A stretch of 63,676 nt of DNA, counting the filler, from Lama guanicoe (Eukaryota), in the NCBI GenBank assembly GCA_013239625.1. It is 145 parts of 145 records of this genome, joined end to end, with 100 filler letters (N's around TTAATTAATTAA, not from the genome) between each part and the next. Parts side by side here need not be neighbours in the genome. Positions count along the whole stretch, not along the records: positions 22,387 to 22,725 come from PNXV01057027.1; positions 22,826 to 23,164 come from PNXV01057028.1; positions 23,265 to 23,603 come from PNXV01057029.1; positions 23,704 to 24,042 come from PNXV01057030.1; positions 24,143 to 24,481 come from PNXV01057031.1; positions 24,582 to 24,920 come from PNXV01057032.1; positions 25,021 to 25,359 come from PNXV01057033.1; positions 25,460 to 25,799 come from PNXV01057034.1; 137 more parts are not named here. The stretch is one strand, 5' to 3'. The position numbers and the translations under genes are program-made. Every line of letters begins with the position of its first letter. Position 1 is the stretch's first letter. The notes beneath the pieces were generated by a model that was given only the letters and a program-made list of their open reading frames with translations, was not told the origin of the DNA and ran no database searches. Below, piece by piece: positions 22,565 through 36,359 of the stretch.

Positions 22565-24581
22565 GAAACTTTGATATTAATGTATTTTTCCTTCTCCCTA
22601 CACATCAAAAGTTTAGAATCCTATGCCAACATTAATCCTCAGACTTTCATACCATGGTGTCTCATCTCATTTTCACCCCTCTTTTAAAAAACAAACTAAC
22701 TAACTAACAAACAAAGCATAGATACNNNNNNNNNNNNNNNNNNNNNNNNNNNNNNNNNNNNNNNNNNNNTTAATTAATTAANNNNNNNNNNNNNNNNNNN
22801 NNNNNNNNNNNNNNNNNNNNNNNNNGGGTGAGGCCCAGCTGCGCTGCCCATTAGGACCCTGAGGCGGGTGCGGGTCTCCACCATAGTTCGTGGTGCCTTC
22901 GCCCGGTTTGTAGTCCCTGAACCCCGTTTCTTTGCTGCCGCTTGTACCCGGGTTTGAGTAAGTGGGTGCAGCCCTGGGAGGTGGGAGGGCACTAGAAGGC
23001 CCTGGAGCACTTCCCTCCGGCCCTCAGATCATGGCTTGCTCGTGGGAGGCAGGTGCGGGGTTGTCGGGGGCAGGGGTGGCAGTATCCTGGCATCAGCAGG
23101 GAGAGGGGTCTGCTCCTGGGAGCTGTCGAGTTGCTCCCATCTACCCCACAGCCTGTCCTGGGGGNNNNNNNNNNNNNNNNNNNNNNNNNNNNNNNNNNNN
23201 NNNNNNNNTTAATTAATTAANNNNNNNNNNNNNNNNNNNNNNNNNNNNNNNNNNNNNNNNNNNNCACAAAGCCAGGTTAGAGTAATTGTATACTATCAGG
23301 GAAGAAAAAAAATCTAAATTTTTAAGATTAAATAATTATCTACTTCATACACTCCTGTAATAATTATGCTATTAAATTAACTGAGTGCATCACTGTACAA
23401 CATTACTAAAGAATATCAAAATATTAAGTATCATACCCAAAATATGCAATATTTTTGAAATTCTATTTTAGAAAGATGTAGAAATAATGACCCTAGTGAA
23501 TATATATGAATTAGGTTCCAATTAAATGTAAACTGCTGCATTTTCCCAAATACAGTTAAGATTTATTACTGTAATATGCTTATAAATTACACTATAACAT
23601 TTTNNNNNNNNNNNNNNNNNNNNNNNNNNNNNNNNNNNNNNNNNNNNTTAATTAATTAANNNNNNNNNNNNNNNNNNNNNNNNNNNNNNNNNNNNNNNNN
23701 NNNCTTTCTGGAGCTGGGAGTCCTGCCAGTTAAACCCCTGCTCTGGATGTGCCAAGGGACTTGTTAGAGTGCTATGATATAACAATTAAAAAGTTATAAT
23801 TAAATAGAGGAAATTACAAGCACTTGCATCTGTGGTTTGGATCCCAGGAGAAGAAGAGCTTGTTAAAACATCTCTTGGGGTTGTAACTCAGCTCACCTTG
23901 TGTTCCAGGCAGTAATGAAGCCCCAGGTTTACTTAGGGGAACTTGGCAACAGTGAAATCAAAGAGAAACTTAGAGAAAAAGTTGTAGGTTTCTTTGGGAT
24001 CAGATAGATGCAATTCTCATGCACGGTGCATGGACCATTTTCNNNNNNNNNNNNNNNNNNNNNNNNNNNNNNNNNNNNNNNNNNNNTTAATTAATTAANN
24101 NNNNNNNNNNNNNNNNNNNNNNNNNNNNNNNNNNNNNNNNNNTTTTTTTATGATTTTCTTTTAGTACCACCATCTCATAATTAATTTGAGATAATGTGGG
24201 AGTTCCTTGAGATCTTGATTTATATTTGGTTCCTCTAGATAGGACTTCATTTTTCATTCTGTTGAGAACTTAGGGTTTCCACCAAATCAGAATCTTTTTA
24301 TATTCTTGGCCTGAGGTTTCATTTGCTTATTTTATAGTAACAAAGGTGCTTTGCATTTGGACTGAAAACTTGCATAAAGACTAGATTTTGGTTAATAGTT
24401 CTCCTAAAAATAATTACCCCAACTCAATGATAATTTTAGACTGGCAATTTTCTTTTCATGAAGCAATCATATAAATTTGCANNNNNNNNNNNNNNNNNNN
24501 NNNNNNNNNNNNNNNNNNNNNNNNNTTAATTAATTAANNNNNNNNNNNNNNNNNNNNNNNNNNNNNNNNNNNNNNNNNNNN

Positions 24582-24675
24582 CCACACCTTTGATCTCATG
24601 GGCTCTTCGTGGTGTCTCAGGGAGACGTGGCTCATGATGTTTATTCCCATTTTACAGATGAGGAATTTCAGCCCT
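24582..24675 (-). mobile_element. MIR SINE fragment
   Basis: tttattcccattttacagatgaggaa core. Confidence 0.6.
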
Positions 24676-25020
24676 GCCCTGTCCCTCCCTCCCCCGTACC
24701 CTCCAGGTCCAATCACACAGCCCGTAAATGCCTAGACAGCCTGCAGGCAGGTCCTGGCTCCTACCGTGGTGCCAAAGTCCAGCAGATAGCTTAGCCAGCA
24801 CAGACGAACTCTCTGGAAGGCTGTGTCTCCAGTCAGGACGTCAGGCATGGGTCCCTGCTGCTTTGTCTTTTTTCTGGGCAGGGGTCCTCTCAGCTGCTTC
24901 CCTTCTGCTTTGCTCTGTAGNNNNNNNNNNNNNNNNNNNNNNNNNNNNNNNNNNNNNNNNNNNNTTAATTAATTAANNNNNNNNNNNNNNNNNNNNNNNN
25001 NNNNNNNNNNNNNNNNNNNN

Positions 25021-25359
25021 CTGTCAAAGGCTTTTTGGTTTGATGTAGTCCTGTTTGTCCATTTTTGTTTTTGTTACCACTTCCTGAGGAGATAGATCCA
25101 AAAAACTGATAAGACCAATGACTTAGAGCATTCTACCTAGGTTTCCTTTTAACCGTTTTATGGTTTCTGGTCTTATATGTAGGCCTTTAATTCATTTTGA
25201 GTTTAATTTCATATACGATGTGGGAAAGCAGTCCCGTTTCATTCTTTTGAATGTAGCTTTCCAGTTTTTCCAATACCCTTTATTGTTGAGACTGTCTTTT
25301 CCGTAGTGTGTATTCTTAGCTCCTTTGTCATAAATTAATTGGCCACATAAGCATAGGTT
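25021..25359 (-). mobile_element. L1 ORF2 fragment
   Basis: tttgatgtagtcc..tttatggtttctggtcttat..ttttgagtttaatt..tccagtttttccaatacc. Confidence 0.88.
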
Positions 25360-28099
25360 NNNNNNNNNNNNNNNNNNNNNNNNNNNNNNNNNNNNNNNNN
25401 NNNTTAATTAATTAANNNNNNNNNNNNNNNNNNNNNNNNNNNNNNNNNNNNNNNNNNNNCATACTGTGCTCAATATATAGTATAAATCTTTTTTTTTCTG
25501 TATTAGCTGTTTTTATGAAGTCATACATTCCTCAAGGGCAAAAATGTGTGTTTTATAATTTTTATTTCTATCAGTCCATTTAAATATTTTGTACCTAATC
25601 ATTGCTAAGTAATAATGAAAATGAATAAGTGAAATGTGTGTATGGGAGATTCTGCATTAAAAAACTGAGTTCTCATCAGTATTAATTACAGAAAAGAAAT
25701 AAACGAAAGACCAGTAAATCCTTTTCCCATTTACAGACTATACTATCTGACTCAGGTCAAATAAGGATTCTACCTAGTTGTGTGATGCTATCTCTTTAAN
25801 NNNNNNNNNNNNNNNNNNNNNNNNNNNNNNNNNNNNNNNNNNNTTAATTAATTAANNNNNNNNNNNNNNNNNNNNNNNNNNNNNNNNNNNNNNNNNNNNT
25901 TTCTAGTGGTGAATATTTTACTATATATGCATATCGAATCATCAAGTTGTACACTTAAATATATACCATGTTTACCTGTCAGTTATACCTCAGTAAAGCT
26001 GGGAAAAATTAAAGTAAGGGAAGCTGTAAGTCAATGACAAAGTACAACAAACTTATTTCTTTGAGGAACAAATCACTCAGAAACTATTCTGTGATGCATA
26101 TTTTCTCAAAATGCTTCCTTTTGAAAGACAAAAGTCCACAAGTCCTTTTAAGTGTATTAATTTGAGCAGAACCTGGTGGTTGGTTTTGAGAGAATAACAC
26201 ACTTTGTTAAGAAGTTAAGAACTTAGATTTTTTTTTTTTNNNNNNNNNNNNNNNNNNNNNNNNNNNNNNNNNNNNNNNNNNNNTTAATTAATTAANNNNN
26301 NNNNNNNNNNNNNNNNNNNNNNNNNNNNNNNNNNNNNNNATTGAGGGGAATATACAAATGTATAAATCTCGGTTCCTAAGTCTTAGCCTTTATAGAATTC
26401 ACGGTTAGTGGTGGATGGAGTATGTTGAGAAACTGACATCTATGCAATGAATAACGCCATGTCAGCAGTCGGTTCATAAGGGGAAGTCATCAATTCTGAC
26501 TGTGGTCATGGAGGTGAACCGAAGCTCCTGGGATAAATGAGTATTTGCCAGGCAGAAAAATGGGGGAAGATGAAGCGGTTCTGAGAAAACGTTTCAGAAA
26601 CTATAATGGATGAGATTGTTAAAACACAAGTAAGATCTTCACTATGAGTATAGCAGGATGGGTTCTAAGGACTAAGTTANNNNNNNNNNNNNNNNNNNNN
26701 NNNNNNNNNNNNNNNNNNNNNNNTTAATTAATTAANNNNNNNNNNNNNNNNNNNNNNNNNNNNNNNNNNNNNNNNNNNNGTCTGTGATGCCCATGAGAAT
26801 GAACTCGCTCAGCACGGTTCCATTGTGTGTTTCCATCTGGGTTTATCAGAGAATCTATTCTGAATAGAAACATCAGCAGTCAGTGACATCATGTAGTACA
26901 ATTGGTGATTTTTTAAGTGTACAAAGCTGACATAAAGAAAATAAATCTAAATTTATATTTTAAGCACAATGCAAAAATCCACCTCCTATAAATAAAACAT
27001 ACAAATAGAGATATATAAAAGAAATAGAGATAAATATATAGTTGGAAACAGAGAGAGAGATTTGTAGTTTTCCACTGAGGATGATTTACCCCGCAAAGGA
27101 CGTTTGATAATATTTTTAGNNNNNNNNNNNNNNNNNNNNNNNNNNNNNNNNNNNNNNNNNNNNTTAATTAATTAANNNNNNNNNNNNNNNNNNNNNNNNN
27201 NNNNNNNNNNNNNNNNNNNGTAGAACCAGGCTGGAGCCGAGGTGCCCTGAGCTCCAACTCAGGAGTATATCAAAGCTGTAAAAGATAAGACAGACAAGAG
27301 CCCGACAATGTTCACCCACCCAAGGCTTTGGCCCCAAACACCCACAGGAAAACCCTGGTCCTGGAGAAGGGAGCTTGGATGGTGCAAGGTGAGGGTCCAG
27401 CTGGCCTGAATCGCCAGATCCAAAGCAGGGCAGGATAGGCCTCCCCTCCTCCCCTTGCCTTGAGTCCCACATCTCCCCATGTCTGGAGTCCCAGACCAGC
27501 TATTACCCATCTGACATCTCACACTTGCTGGCCAGTCCTCAATCCCTGTTCCTTCCCCANNNNNNNNNNNNNNNNNNNNNNNNNNNNNNNNNNNNNNNNN
27601 NNNTTAATTAATTAANNNNNNNNNNNNNNNNNNNNNNNNNNNNNNNNNNNNNNNNNNNNACTCACCTGCTTTCTTTCCTGATGGGTCTGCCCGTTCTGGA
27701 CATTTCCCATAAAAGGAGCGGTGCGTGTGTTTTAACGTGGTAATTCTGCGAAGGGCCTGCGGGGCCAAGCTACGGTGCCTGTTCACGCTCTCCGAAGTCA
27801 CAAGGATGCCAGAGAGCTTGTGACGGACGCAGACAGAAAGAGAGTAACAGCGCGATAGGATTAATGAACATTGCCCGTGTGCTGAGATCAAAGTTGCTAA
27901 CCGGTCGCGCATCCTGACTCAGCTCTCCGAGCGTGTCTCCGACTGTCTGCAGAGTGTGAGGAACAGCACAGCCTCTGCCATCTGACGCTTACTGTATACN
28001 NNNNNNNNNNNNNNNNNNNNNNNNNNNNNNNNNNNNNNNNNNNTTAATTAATTAANNNNNNNNNNNNNNNNNNNNNNNNNNNNNNNNNNNNNNNNNNNN

Positions 28100-28439
28100 C
28101 ACAATATGGCCGGGCGGGGGGCGCGGGGGAGTCGCGGTGGCCCCCAGTCGGCTTCTCCCGACCCCGGAGGCGCGGCCGCCCAGCTGGGACCGAGCTCTCG
28201 CAGGGCCCCTGGGGACGCGAGCCCTGTTCCAGGCGGAACTGGATTCGGGGAGCTCTCAGGGGTCGCGCTCCCAGCACCCCCATGTTCCATAGAGGAGAGT
28301 GCGGGCTTCCTTCTCCAAGATTTGGAGATCCACGTTTCTGTCTCTCAGCATGTTAAGGGGCGGGGGTCTTCATTCTCTCCCCCCAGATGCTCCTGGGGGG
28401 CGCCTTTTCTCCCGCCAAGATTGTGGGGCTCGGGCGATG
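28100..28439. promoter_or_regulatory. CpG-island fragment
   Basis: High GC and CpG density, GC boxes, YY1-like CAATATGGCC at the start. No recognisable coding sequence. Confidence 0.55.
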
Positions 28440-30932
28440 NNNNNNNNNNNNNNNNNNNNNNNNNNNNNNNNNNNNNNNNNNNNTTAATTAATTAANNNNN
28501 NNNNNNNNNNNNNNNNNNNNNNNNNNNNNNNNNNNNNNNTTACTTCAGATCCATCCTGACACTCAGCTACTGGCCTCATTTAAGAATATTAAATTAAATA
28601 GTAATGTACTAGTTTTGGTCAGCACTAATTAATTTCATTATTTGGTAGAATATAGAATATTTTATTATTTGAAAAATCACTAACAGTGATTATTATTCTT
28701 AAAAAGGTGACAACAGAGTTCTAATTTTTTTCACATGACTTCTTAATATTTATGACAGGACAGGGTAACAGTCAAATATTAACATTAGCTCAAGGGGATG
28801 GACAGTGAAGGCTCCAAGGAAGCAGTAGCCCTTCCTTAAGAAGAGTGGTTAACTTTCTAATCTAGTTTCCCACAGCATTNNNNNNNNNNNNNNNNNNNNN
28901 NNNNNNNNNNNNNNNNNNNNNNNTTAATTAATTAANNNNNNNNNNNNNNNNNNNNNNNNNNNNNNNNNNNNNNNNNNNNCCCTGGGGAGGAGAGAGGGGC
29001 TGTCCAGCCCGGGATGGAGGGAAACCCTCATGTCCTGGAGAGAGAAGACAGTGTTTTGACGTGTTCAGGCCACTCTCTGTTTCGTTGCACCTTGAAAGTT
29101 CCTCAGACTCAATCTCTGGTGGGCTATCTTCGTTGCTGACCCCCAGCTGGGGGCCTTCGTCATGCCTCTGGGCATCTTGTGTAACATCAGACTGATGAGG
29201 ACTTGAGTCCAATCGGGGTGCACGGTGAGTGTTGGGCGCCCGCGCACCCAACTCCTCCTTCAGGGCCAGGAGTCGTTTCTACACCAGCTGATAGGAGGGC
29301 GGTGGTCAGTGACTGGCCCNNNNNNNNNNNNNNNNNNNNNNNNNNNNNNNNNNNNNNNNNNNNTTAATTAATTAANNNNNNNNNNNNNNNNNNNNNNNNN
29401 NNNNNNNNNNNNNNNNNNNGGATTGTGGGGTTTACAGCACATGCAAGAGTAACATCCAAGGGCACAAAGTGCTAGGAGGTAAACTGAACCATGCGACTGC
29501 AAGGTTTGCAGTGTTAGTGAAGTGGTTTATATTATTCAAAACAGATTGTGATAAATAATTAAAGGCTCATGGGTCATCTTTAAACACTTTTTCCTTTTTT
29601 GGTCATATGTTTACTAATAGCATGTCCATCAATGGGGAGTAAAGGGAAGGAAAAAGAGAAAACTAAATAATCATCAATTTTAAGCAACGGTTTATTTCAC
29701 TAAGCAGTTTCTGTGTGCGCTTACAGCAGTCATTACACAAACTAACACATTTTATTTAANNNNNNNNNNNNNNNNNNNNNNNNNNNNNNNNNNNNNNNNN
29801 NNNTTAATTAATTAANNNNNNNNNNNNNNNNNNNNNNNNNNNNNNNNNNNNNNNNNNNNTTTTTTTCTAGGCAACAATCCCTATTCCACGTTCTCGCTGC
29901 TTATTCTATTTACAACACGGTAAGTGGGGCGCGCTTGCCCACAGTGGAGTTGTACTCTGAGCAGCTGGACCGTGTCTTTGGGGACCCCTCCCTGACATGA
30001 CCCTTTTGGCCAGCGTTTCTTCATCTCGGGGCTGGATGGTCTCCTGGTCTCGGTGGGTCTTCTGGAGGCTCCGTGGCAGCCCTGGGGTCTTAGAGCAGGG
30101 CTGGTTTGGAAATGGGAAAAATGATGGTATGACAGTGAATCTCACTCTTTCCCTCATTATGTAGATTGTTCTGTTATGTTTTCTGTTGCTGTTTATTTTN
30201 NNNNNNNNNNNNNNNNNNNNNNNNNNNNNNNNNNNNNNNNNNNTTAATTAATTAANNNNNNNNNNNNNNNNNNNNNNNNNNNNNNNNNNNNNNNNNNNNA
30301 TTTCCATCCTTTAATGTCTGATCTCTTCTTGCAGAATGTTAAGTTCCACAAGGGCAGATGCCTAATAAATATTTTTGGAGTTAATGATTAAATGAATGAA
30401 TAATTAATAAATCAGTAAATACTTGATTAGTATTTAGTACGTGCCAAGTCCTATTCAGAGGTAGATACTGGAGGTAGATATTTTCTCTGCCTTCATGCAG
30501 GAATCTTTCCAGTGGGATATATACCTGTTAGATTAATTATTATTAATCTAACATGATCAATTAATATGAAGTATTACAGGGGATTATTAAAGAGTATAAT
30601 ATTACATCATCTGGGATATCAGAGAAGTTCAACCAAGGANNNNNNNNNNNNNNNNNNNNNNNNNNNNNNNNNNNNNNNNNNNNTTAATTAATTAANNNNN
30701 NNNNNNNNNNNNNNNNNNNNNNNNNNNNNNNNNNNNNNNAAATTCGCGAATGAAGGCAAGGGAACTCAGCAATACTTTCCACCTATACTATAAATTAAAA
30801 CCGAACAGAATGGGCTCTAGGTTATTCTGGCAGTTAGAAAAGATTTTCAACGCTTACATCTGCACAGCCATAACAAAAATTACAAGACCATGAAAGTCGG
30901 TCAGCTTAGTTGGTGGATTTGCACTGGAATGA

Positions 30933-31029
30933 AAGCTCCGTGGTGGAATCTATCTGTTTTAGTCATTATTATATCCTCAGTGTCTGGCACCCAATAAATC
31001 TGCTGAATGAATGAATGAATGAATGAATG
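30933..31029 (+). mobile_element. L2 3' end with (TGAA)n tail
   Basis: aagctccgtgg..tatatcctcagtgtctggcac..caataaatctgctgaatgaatgaatgaatgaatg. Confidence 0.75.
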
Positions 31030-31649
31030 GCTACGTGAGTTTTGAAATAGTACCACTTCAACCAACTGCACAAGACCAANNNNNNNNNNNNNNNNNNNNN
31101 NNNNNNNNNNNNNNNNNNNNNNNTTAATTAATTAANNNNNNNNNNNNNNNNNNNNNNNNNNNNNNNNNNNNNNNNNNNNAAAAAAAAGAGGCATTTTAAT
31201 AAATTGTAGCAGTACTTTCATAATGGTAGCCAGTACACTAATCTACACGGTTTACAAGACCATCGGCTTTGGTTACCTGTTCCACAATTATATCCAGTGC
31301 TAGCACAGTGCCCAACACACTGTAGCTGCTTGTCAAGTATTTTTTTTGCAAGGAACAGTGGTTGGAACTCAGAACCCTCTACTGTTGTTTCCTTTTTAAA
31401 GCTGGAACTAAGAACTCTGTACATCACCAGTTTCACCCTCTTATTTTGTGAGTGAGGAAACTGGTTCATCTTTGTTGGGTTATTGCTGAAAGCAGATTAT
31501 AATAGGCAAACAACAGGACNNNNNNNNNNNNNNNNNNNNNNNNNNNNNNNNNNNNNNNNNNNNTTAATTAATTAANNNNNNNNNNNNNNNNNNNNNNNNN
31601 NNNNNNNNNNNNNNNNNNNCATCCTGAGCCTGTACCTGTTTCCCCAAAA

Positions 31650-31959
31650 GGTAAGGAGGAAAGATCCCAGTCTTTGTCTTACCTGAAAGACAAGATTACA
31701 GGCAGGTACTGTGTAGTGAAAGTGTTTAGAGGATTTATTTAGAAAAAGAAAAGTACAGCTCCCACAATGGGGGGCGGGCTGATCTAAGGGGGAGTTGCAG
31801 TGGTCTTTGTTTTGTCCTTTCTCTTATACCCTCGCCCAGAGGTGGTCTCTTGATTCTGGGCTCTTGCCCCTGGAATGCTTAGTCATGTTTGACCCCTTTG
31901 CGCATGTCCTTACCGATGGTGTACACAGGAAAACCCAAGGCGAGGGCAGCGAGGGGGGG
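31650..31959 (-). mobile_element. ERV1-class LTR
   Basis: The minus strand carries a TATA-like TATAAG then AATAAA in U3-R order, plus the octamer-like/NRF-like catgcgcaaa seen in ERV1 LTRs. Confidence 0.6.
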
Positions 31960-32499
31960 NNNNNNNNNNNNNNNNNNNNNNNNNNNNNNNNNNNNNNNNN
32001 NNNTTAATTAATTAANNNNNNNNNNNNNNNNNNNNNNNNNNNNNNNNNNNNNNNNNNNNACTTATTGCTGCCAGGCACAAAATGTCTTTGAATATTAATT
32101 TAGTTAATTGAGTTTTGAATAAAACTCAGTTGATCCTCATAGCCTCAGTGACAATTACACTATTATTTCTACTTTACAGGTGAGGAGACTGAGGCTCAGA
32201 GCAGCCCAGTCACTTTCCCCCAGGCCTCCATGACCACCAGGATGCTGCCCGTCTCCCACTCTGTTTGAAGGAGGGGAGGGAGGAGACGGCTGCGTGGGGC
32301 CCACCCTCGGGGCAGGCTGGTAACCTGCGCAAGAGCCAGGGCCACACAGCTTTCAGCAGCTGCAGCTCCAACCAGGTCTGTCTGAACCCAACCACTGTAN
32401 NNNNNNNNNNNNNNNNNNNNNNNNNNNNNNNNNNNNNNNNNNNTTAATTAATTAANNNNNNNNNNNNNNNNNNNNNNNNNNNNNNNNNNNNNNNNNNNN

Positions 32500-32792
32500 G
32501 TGGGGCTTAGAGCTCTCACCCCTGTGGGAGGGCCTCTGAGGCTTAACAGATCTTCAGCTTATGGGTCACCCACCGGGGGGCATTGGGCCCAATTATATCA
32601 CAAGCACGGCCCTCCTACCATTCTGCTGTGGTTCTCTCTTTATATTTCCAGTTGCAGGAGATCTTTTTTGCTGGGTTCTAGTCTTTTTTTGATGATTGTT
32701 TAGCATACAGTTGTGGTTTTGCTGTAGTTGCAAGGAGAGGCGAGCTCGTGGTCCTACCACTTCACCATCTTGCCTGGAAATCCAAGAGGCGC
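32500..32792 (-). mobile_element. L1 5' UTR start
   Basis: Minus strand CAAGATGGTGAAGTGGTAGGAC (YY1-site L1 head) followed by GAGCTCGCCTCTC..CAACTACAGCAAAAC. Confidence 0.7.
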
Positions 32793-35700
32793 AATTTTCA
32801 AATTCCTAATTTATCACTTCCCACCTCCTTTAACCCCTGNNNNNNNNNNNNNNNNNNNNNNNNNNNNNNNNNNNNNNNNNNNNTTAATTAATTAANNNNN
32901 NNNNNNNNNNNNNNNNNNNNNNNNNNNNNNNNNNNNNNNGAGTCCAAGAGGCCAGAATGTGCAACTGCTCCCCACTCCCCTCCCCACCCGGGCTGCCACC
33001 CTCTCCACTCCACCGCCGCCTCACCCCTGTACATCCATCCATTAACACACAATTAATCCCCTGGCTCTTTCAAAGCCTGGACCTCCCACCTCTCCCGCCC
33101 CTTAGCAATTAAAGCCCTGCCAGTTAAAAGGCCAGAGAGAACAGGTGTGTTTCACACTCGGTTTCACTTTCCTGCAAGGTGCCAGACGGGCAGCCCCAGA
33201 GACCACAGACGTCTTTGTTCACTTAACAGCATTGGTTGGTAGCCAGACAGTCTCTCTGCCTGTTGGTAAATTCAGGTGCNNNNNNNNNNNNNNNNNNNNN
33301 NNNNNNNNNNNNNNNNNNNNNNNTTAATTAATTAANNNNNNNNNNNNNNNNNNNNNNNNNNNNNNNNNNNNNNNNNNNNGGGGGTGGGGCCTGGGGGGAG
33401 GGCCACCCAGGCGGAGAGAACCACCAGTAACAGCCTGGAGTCCAAAGAGGGTCTCTAATTTACAAAAGTATCCTTTTATTTGCAGAAACACTTTTGAGCC
33501 GCGGACCAGCCCCCAGGAACGTGAATGTGGAAGAACATTATATTTTCAGATGGAATAATAATACAATCAGTGAAATAAACGTCAGAATTATTAGGGCAGA
33601 AGTTAATGCCCAGCAGAAAGGTAGCTTTGTAGAGGCAGCGAGAATGCTTTCAGTTTTTAAGTATCTTTTTCCTCTTTTCATGATTCTCATAATTATAACA
33701 TGTAAACTAATTCAGACCGNNNNNNNNNNNNNNNNNNNNNNNNNNNNNNNNNNNNNNNNNNNNTTAATTAATTAANNNNNNNNNNNNNNNNNNNNNNNNN
33801 NNNNNNNNNNNNNNNNNNNTGGCGTTCGGTGATTTGTGACCAGTGTTGTCCCAAGAATCAAACCAACCATGGCTTCGCGGAGGGTGGGGACACATCGCAG
33901 ACTCTTATGGGGGGTGGGGAGTGTGTTTGTGAAGTGTAGTTGTGGTACCTCGTTTCCTCAGTCAGATGGAAAAGAAGCAGGGCTGGCAGGGTGTGGCGTG
34001 TATGAGGCAGGTCCCCCAGCCTCAGGGCACCCCTGTCTTTGATGAAGCCTCTAGAACCTCATTCTGCTGTCTGCTGACCTCAAGATACAGTCCAAGGAGT
34101 TCAGCCTTACGCTCTCTTTTCAGGAACCCTGGCTTCTTTTTTCTGTTTGTTTTTTTTTTNNNNNNNNNNNNNNNNNNNNNNNNNNNNNNNNNNNNNNNNN
34201 NNNTTAATTAATTAANNNNNNNNNNNNNNNNNNNNNNNNNNNNNNNNNNNNNNNNNNNNCATGAACTCAGTTTCTTAATTTAAAGTTATGTGTGTTGTCA
34301 CTCATCCGGCATTTCCAGGTGTTTTTCGTGGGAGACCTTTTAAGAATTTTTAAGACTGCTCTACTGGTGGAAACAAATCTTTTATTTTATATTATGTTGT
34401 TTAACGTCTGTTATTCACACATTGCGATGTGAGCATCTTTGGCTTTGGTGAGCCTCAGCATTCAATGGTCACCATATGGTAAAGTTCTGAAGGTTCATAT
34501 GCTGCCTGCATTTAAAAGACCGCTGTCCAAGCGAAGAATCGCAGGGTTGTAGTTCTTTTCTTTCTGCCTTTGGCTGTCACATTCCTCAATAGCAGACGGN
34601 NNNNNNNNNNNNNNNNNNNNNNNNNNNNNNNNNNNNNNNNNNNTTAATTAATTAANNNNNNNNNNNNNNNNNNNNNNNNNNNNNNNNNNNNNNNNNNNNC
34701 CCATCCTCCAAGACGCTGGCCCGAATTCCCAGAGTTGTGAGATGGGATGCCGGGGGAGGGAGACGGGGCCCCCACCTGTGTGGCTCGGGCTCCACCATCT
34801 GTGTCCCCAGCCTGGTCCCTCCTCTGGGCTCCAGACCGTATTGGCCTCTGTGGTCAGGAAGTTGTCCTCCTGGGGTCAGGGGTCAGGAGCCCGAGGAGGG
34901 AACATCACCCCAGCTGCCCAGCCCTGAGCACCCTCATGCCCCGACGGCCTTGACCTCTCTGACAGAGGAGGGAGAGGGGACCCCACGTAGCACACCGGCC
35001 GGCTTCACCTGAGCGGCAGGCGGCAGGCGAACAGGGCCCNNNNNNNNNNNNNNNNNNNNNNNNNNNNNNNNNNNNNNNNNNNNTTAATTAATTAANNNNN
35101 NNNNNNNNNNNNNNNNNNNNNNNNNNNNNNNNNNNNNNNTTTGTTGAATAGCTAGGTCATTCCCAAACAAAATAAGATACTGAAACATAATTTACTAAGC
35201 ATTGGCTTCCCTTTACAGAGAAACTAAAGGTGATTGGGACTATTATTAAATATGTTTGGTGCCACAATGAGATATTTTGTATAAAAAGCAATATTTTTTG
35301 AAATTATTATTGGTATTTATGTTTGCCAATCTGTACAATGCTAATGTAAAATGCATTTTATAATTGCTAACTTCTTTGTGTTCACTAGAAATTAAGGTTT
35401 TTAAGAGTTGCAAACTCTAAAGATGTCATTAAAGCTACTAAAATAATAAAGGAAACATTTCAGTACAGTAAAAAAAAAANNNNNNNNNNNNNNNNNNNNN
35501 NNNNNNNNNNNNNNNNNNNNNNNTTAATTAATTAANNNNNNNNNNNNNNNNNNNNNNNNNNNNNNNNNNNNNNNNNNNNAAAGCCAGAAAGTGAAGATGA
35601 AAATGAACTCCTACTGCAGGGTGAGGTGGATGCCCTGGAGTGTGGCCATTTGCTCTGCAGCACAAATTGTTCAATTTGGCAGGCATTTACCTGCTGTCTG

Positions 35701-36019
35701 TTGCATGCCAGGAGCCGTGTTGGCTTCTGGGGATACAGAGATGAGTAAGTTCTGCGCCCACCCTGCCATCAGAGGGCGCACGGTGAAGTCACTGTGAAGC
35801 GATCGAGGTAAAAGTTGTAAAAGAGTAAGCCTCGACTTGGAGAAGGGTGTTGCAGGGCACGGGTTGGCCTGAGCTGAGGCAGGGGCTGGGTGGGGGAAGG
35901 CTGGGGAGCCGGCTGTGAGNNNNNNNNNNNNNNNNNNNNNNNNNNNNNNNNNNNNNNNNNNNNTTAATTAATTAANNNNNNNNNNNNNNNNNNNNNNNNN
36001 NNNNNNNNNNNNNNNNNNN

Positions 36020-36359
36020 AAACTGAGTCAATCCATGTCTTATATAATATACAAAAATTTATCTCTAATAGGATCATAGAATCAGTAAAATTTAAAACTA
36101 AAAACTTCTAAAACATAGGAAAAATATTTTTGTACTCAATGGTTGGGCAGAATTTTCTAGGATATATAAAACATTAACCATAAAAAGATAAAGTGTAAAG
36201 ATACTTTTCGAAAGACACCAGTAAGAAAATGAGATGATAACCCTTCATCAACTAGAGAAAGCACTTGTAAAACATGTATCTGATGAGGGACTTGTATTTA
36301 GAGAATATTTTAAAAAATGAATACCACTGTGAGGTGTTTGTCTTCTTTATTAAAAAAAA
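36020..36359 (+). mobile_element. Old L1 (L1ME-like) ORF2 3' fragment
   Basis: aaagacaccagtaagaaaatga..catgtatctgatgagggacttgtatttagagaata. Confidence 0.7.

Noticed and set aside
22826..23164. Possible promoter or first exon with ZNF143-like GACTACA motif and GTAAGT donor
   Set aside because: The motif match is partial, CpG enrichment is modest, and no gene is identifiable.
29187..29287. Candidate minus-strand terminal exon (ctgac..ccctcctatcag|, GVETTPGPEGGVGCAGAQHSPCTPIGLKSSSV*) and the overlapping 107-aa ORF
   Set aside because: The acceptor is plausible but I do not recognise either peptide. It needs BLASTx or RNA-seq support.
32940..33719. Repeat-free contigs with homeobox/TCF-like motifs that look like conserved enhancers (similar impression at 42180, 46142, 59804)
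   Set aside because: Short motifs occur by chance and conservation cannot be assessed without alignments.
35140..35479. AT-rich contig resembling ERV1 internal non-coding sequence
   Set aside because: The resemblance is too vague to assign without a Dfam search.
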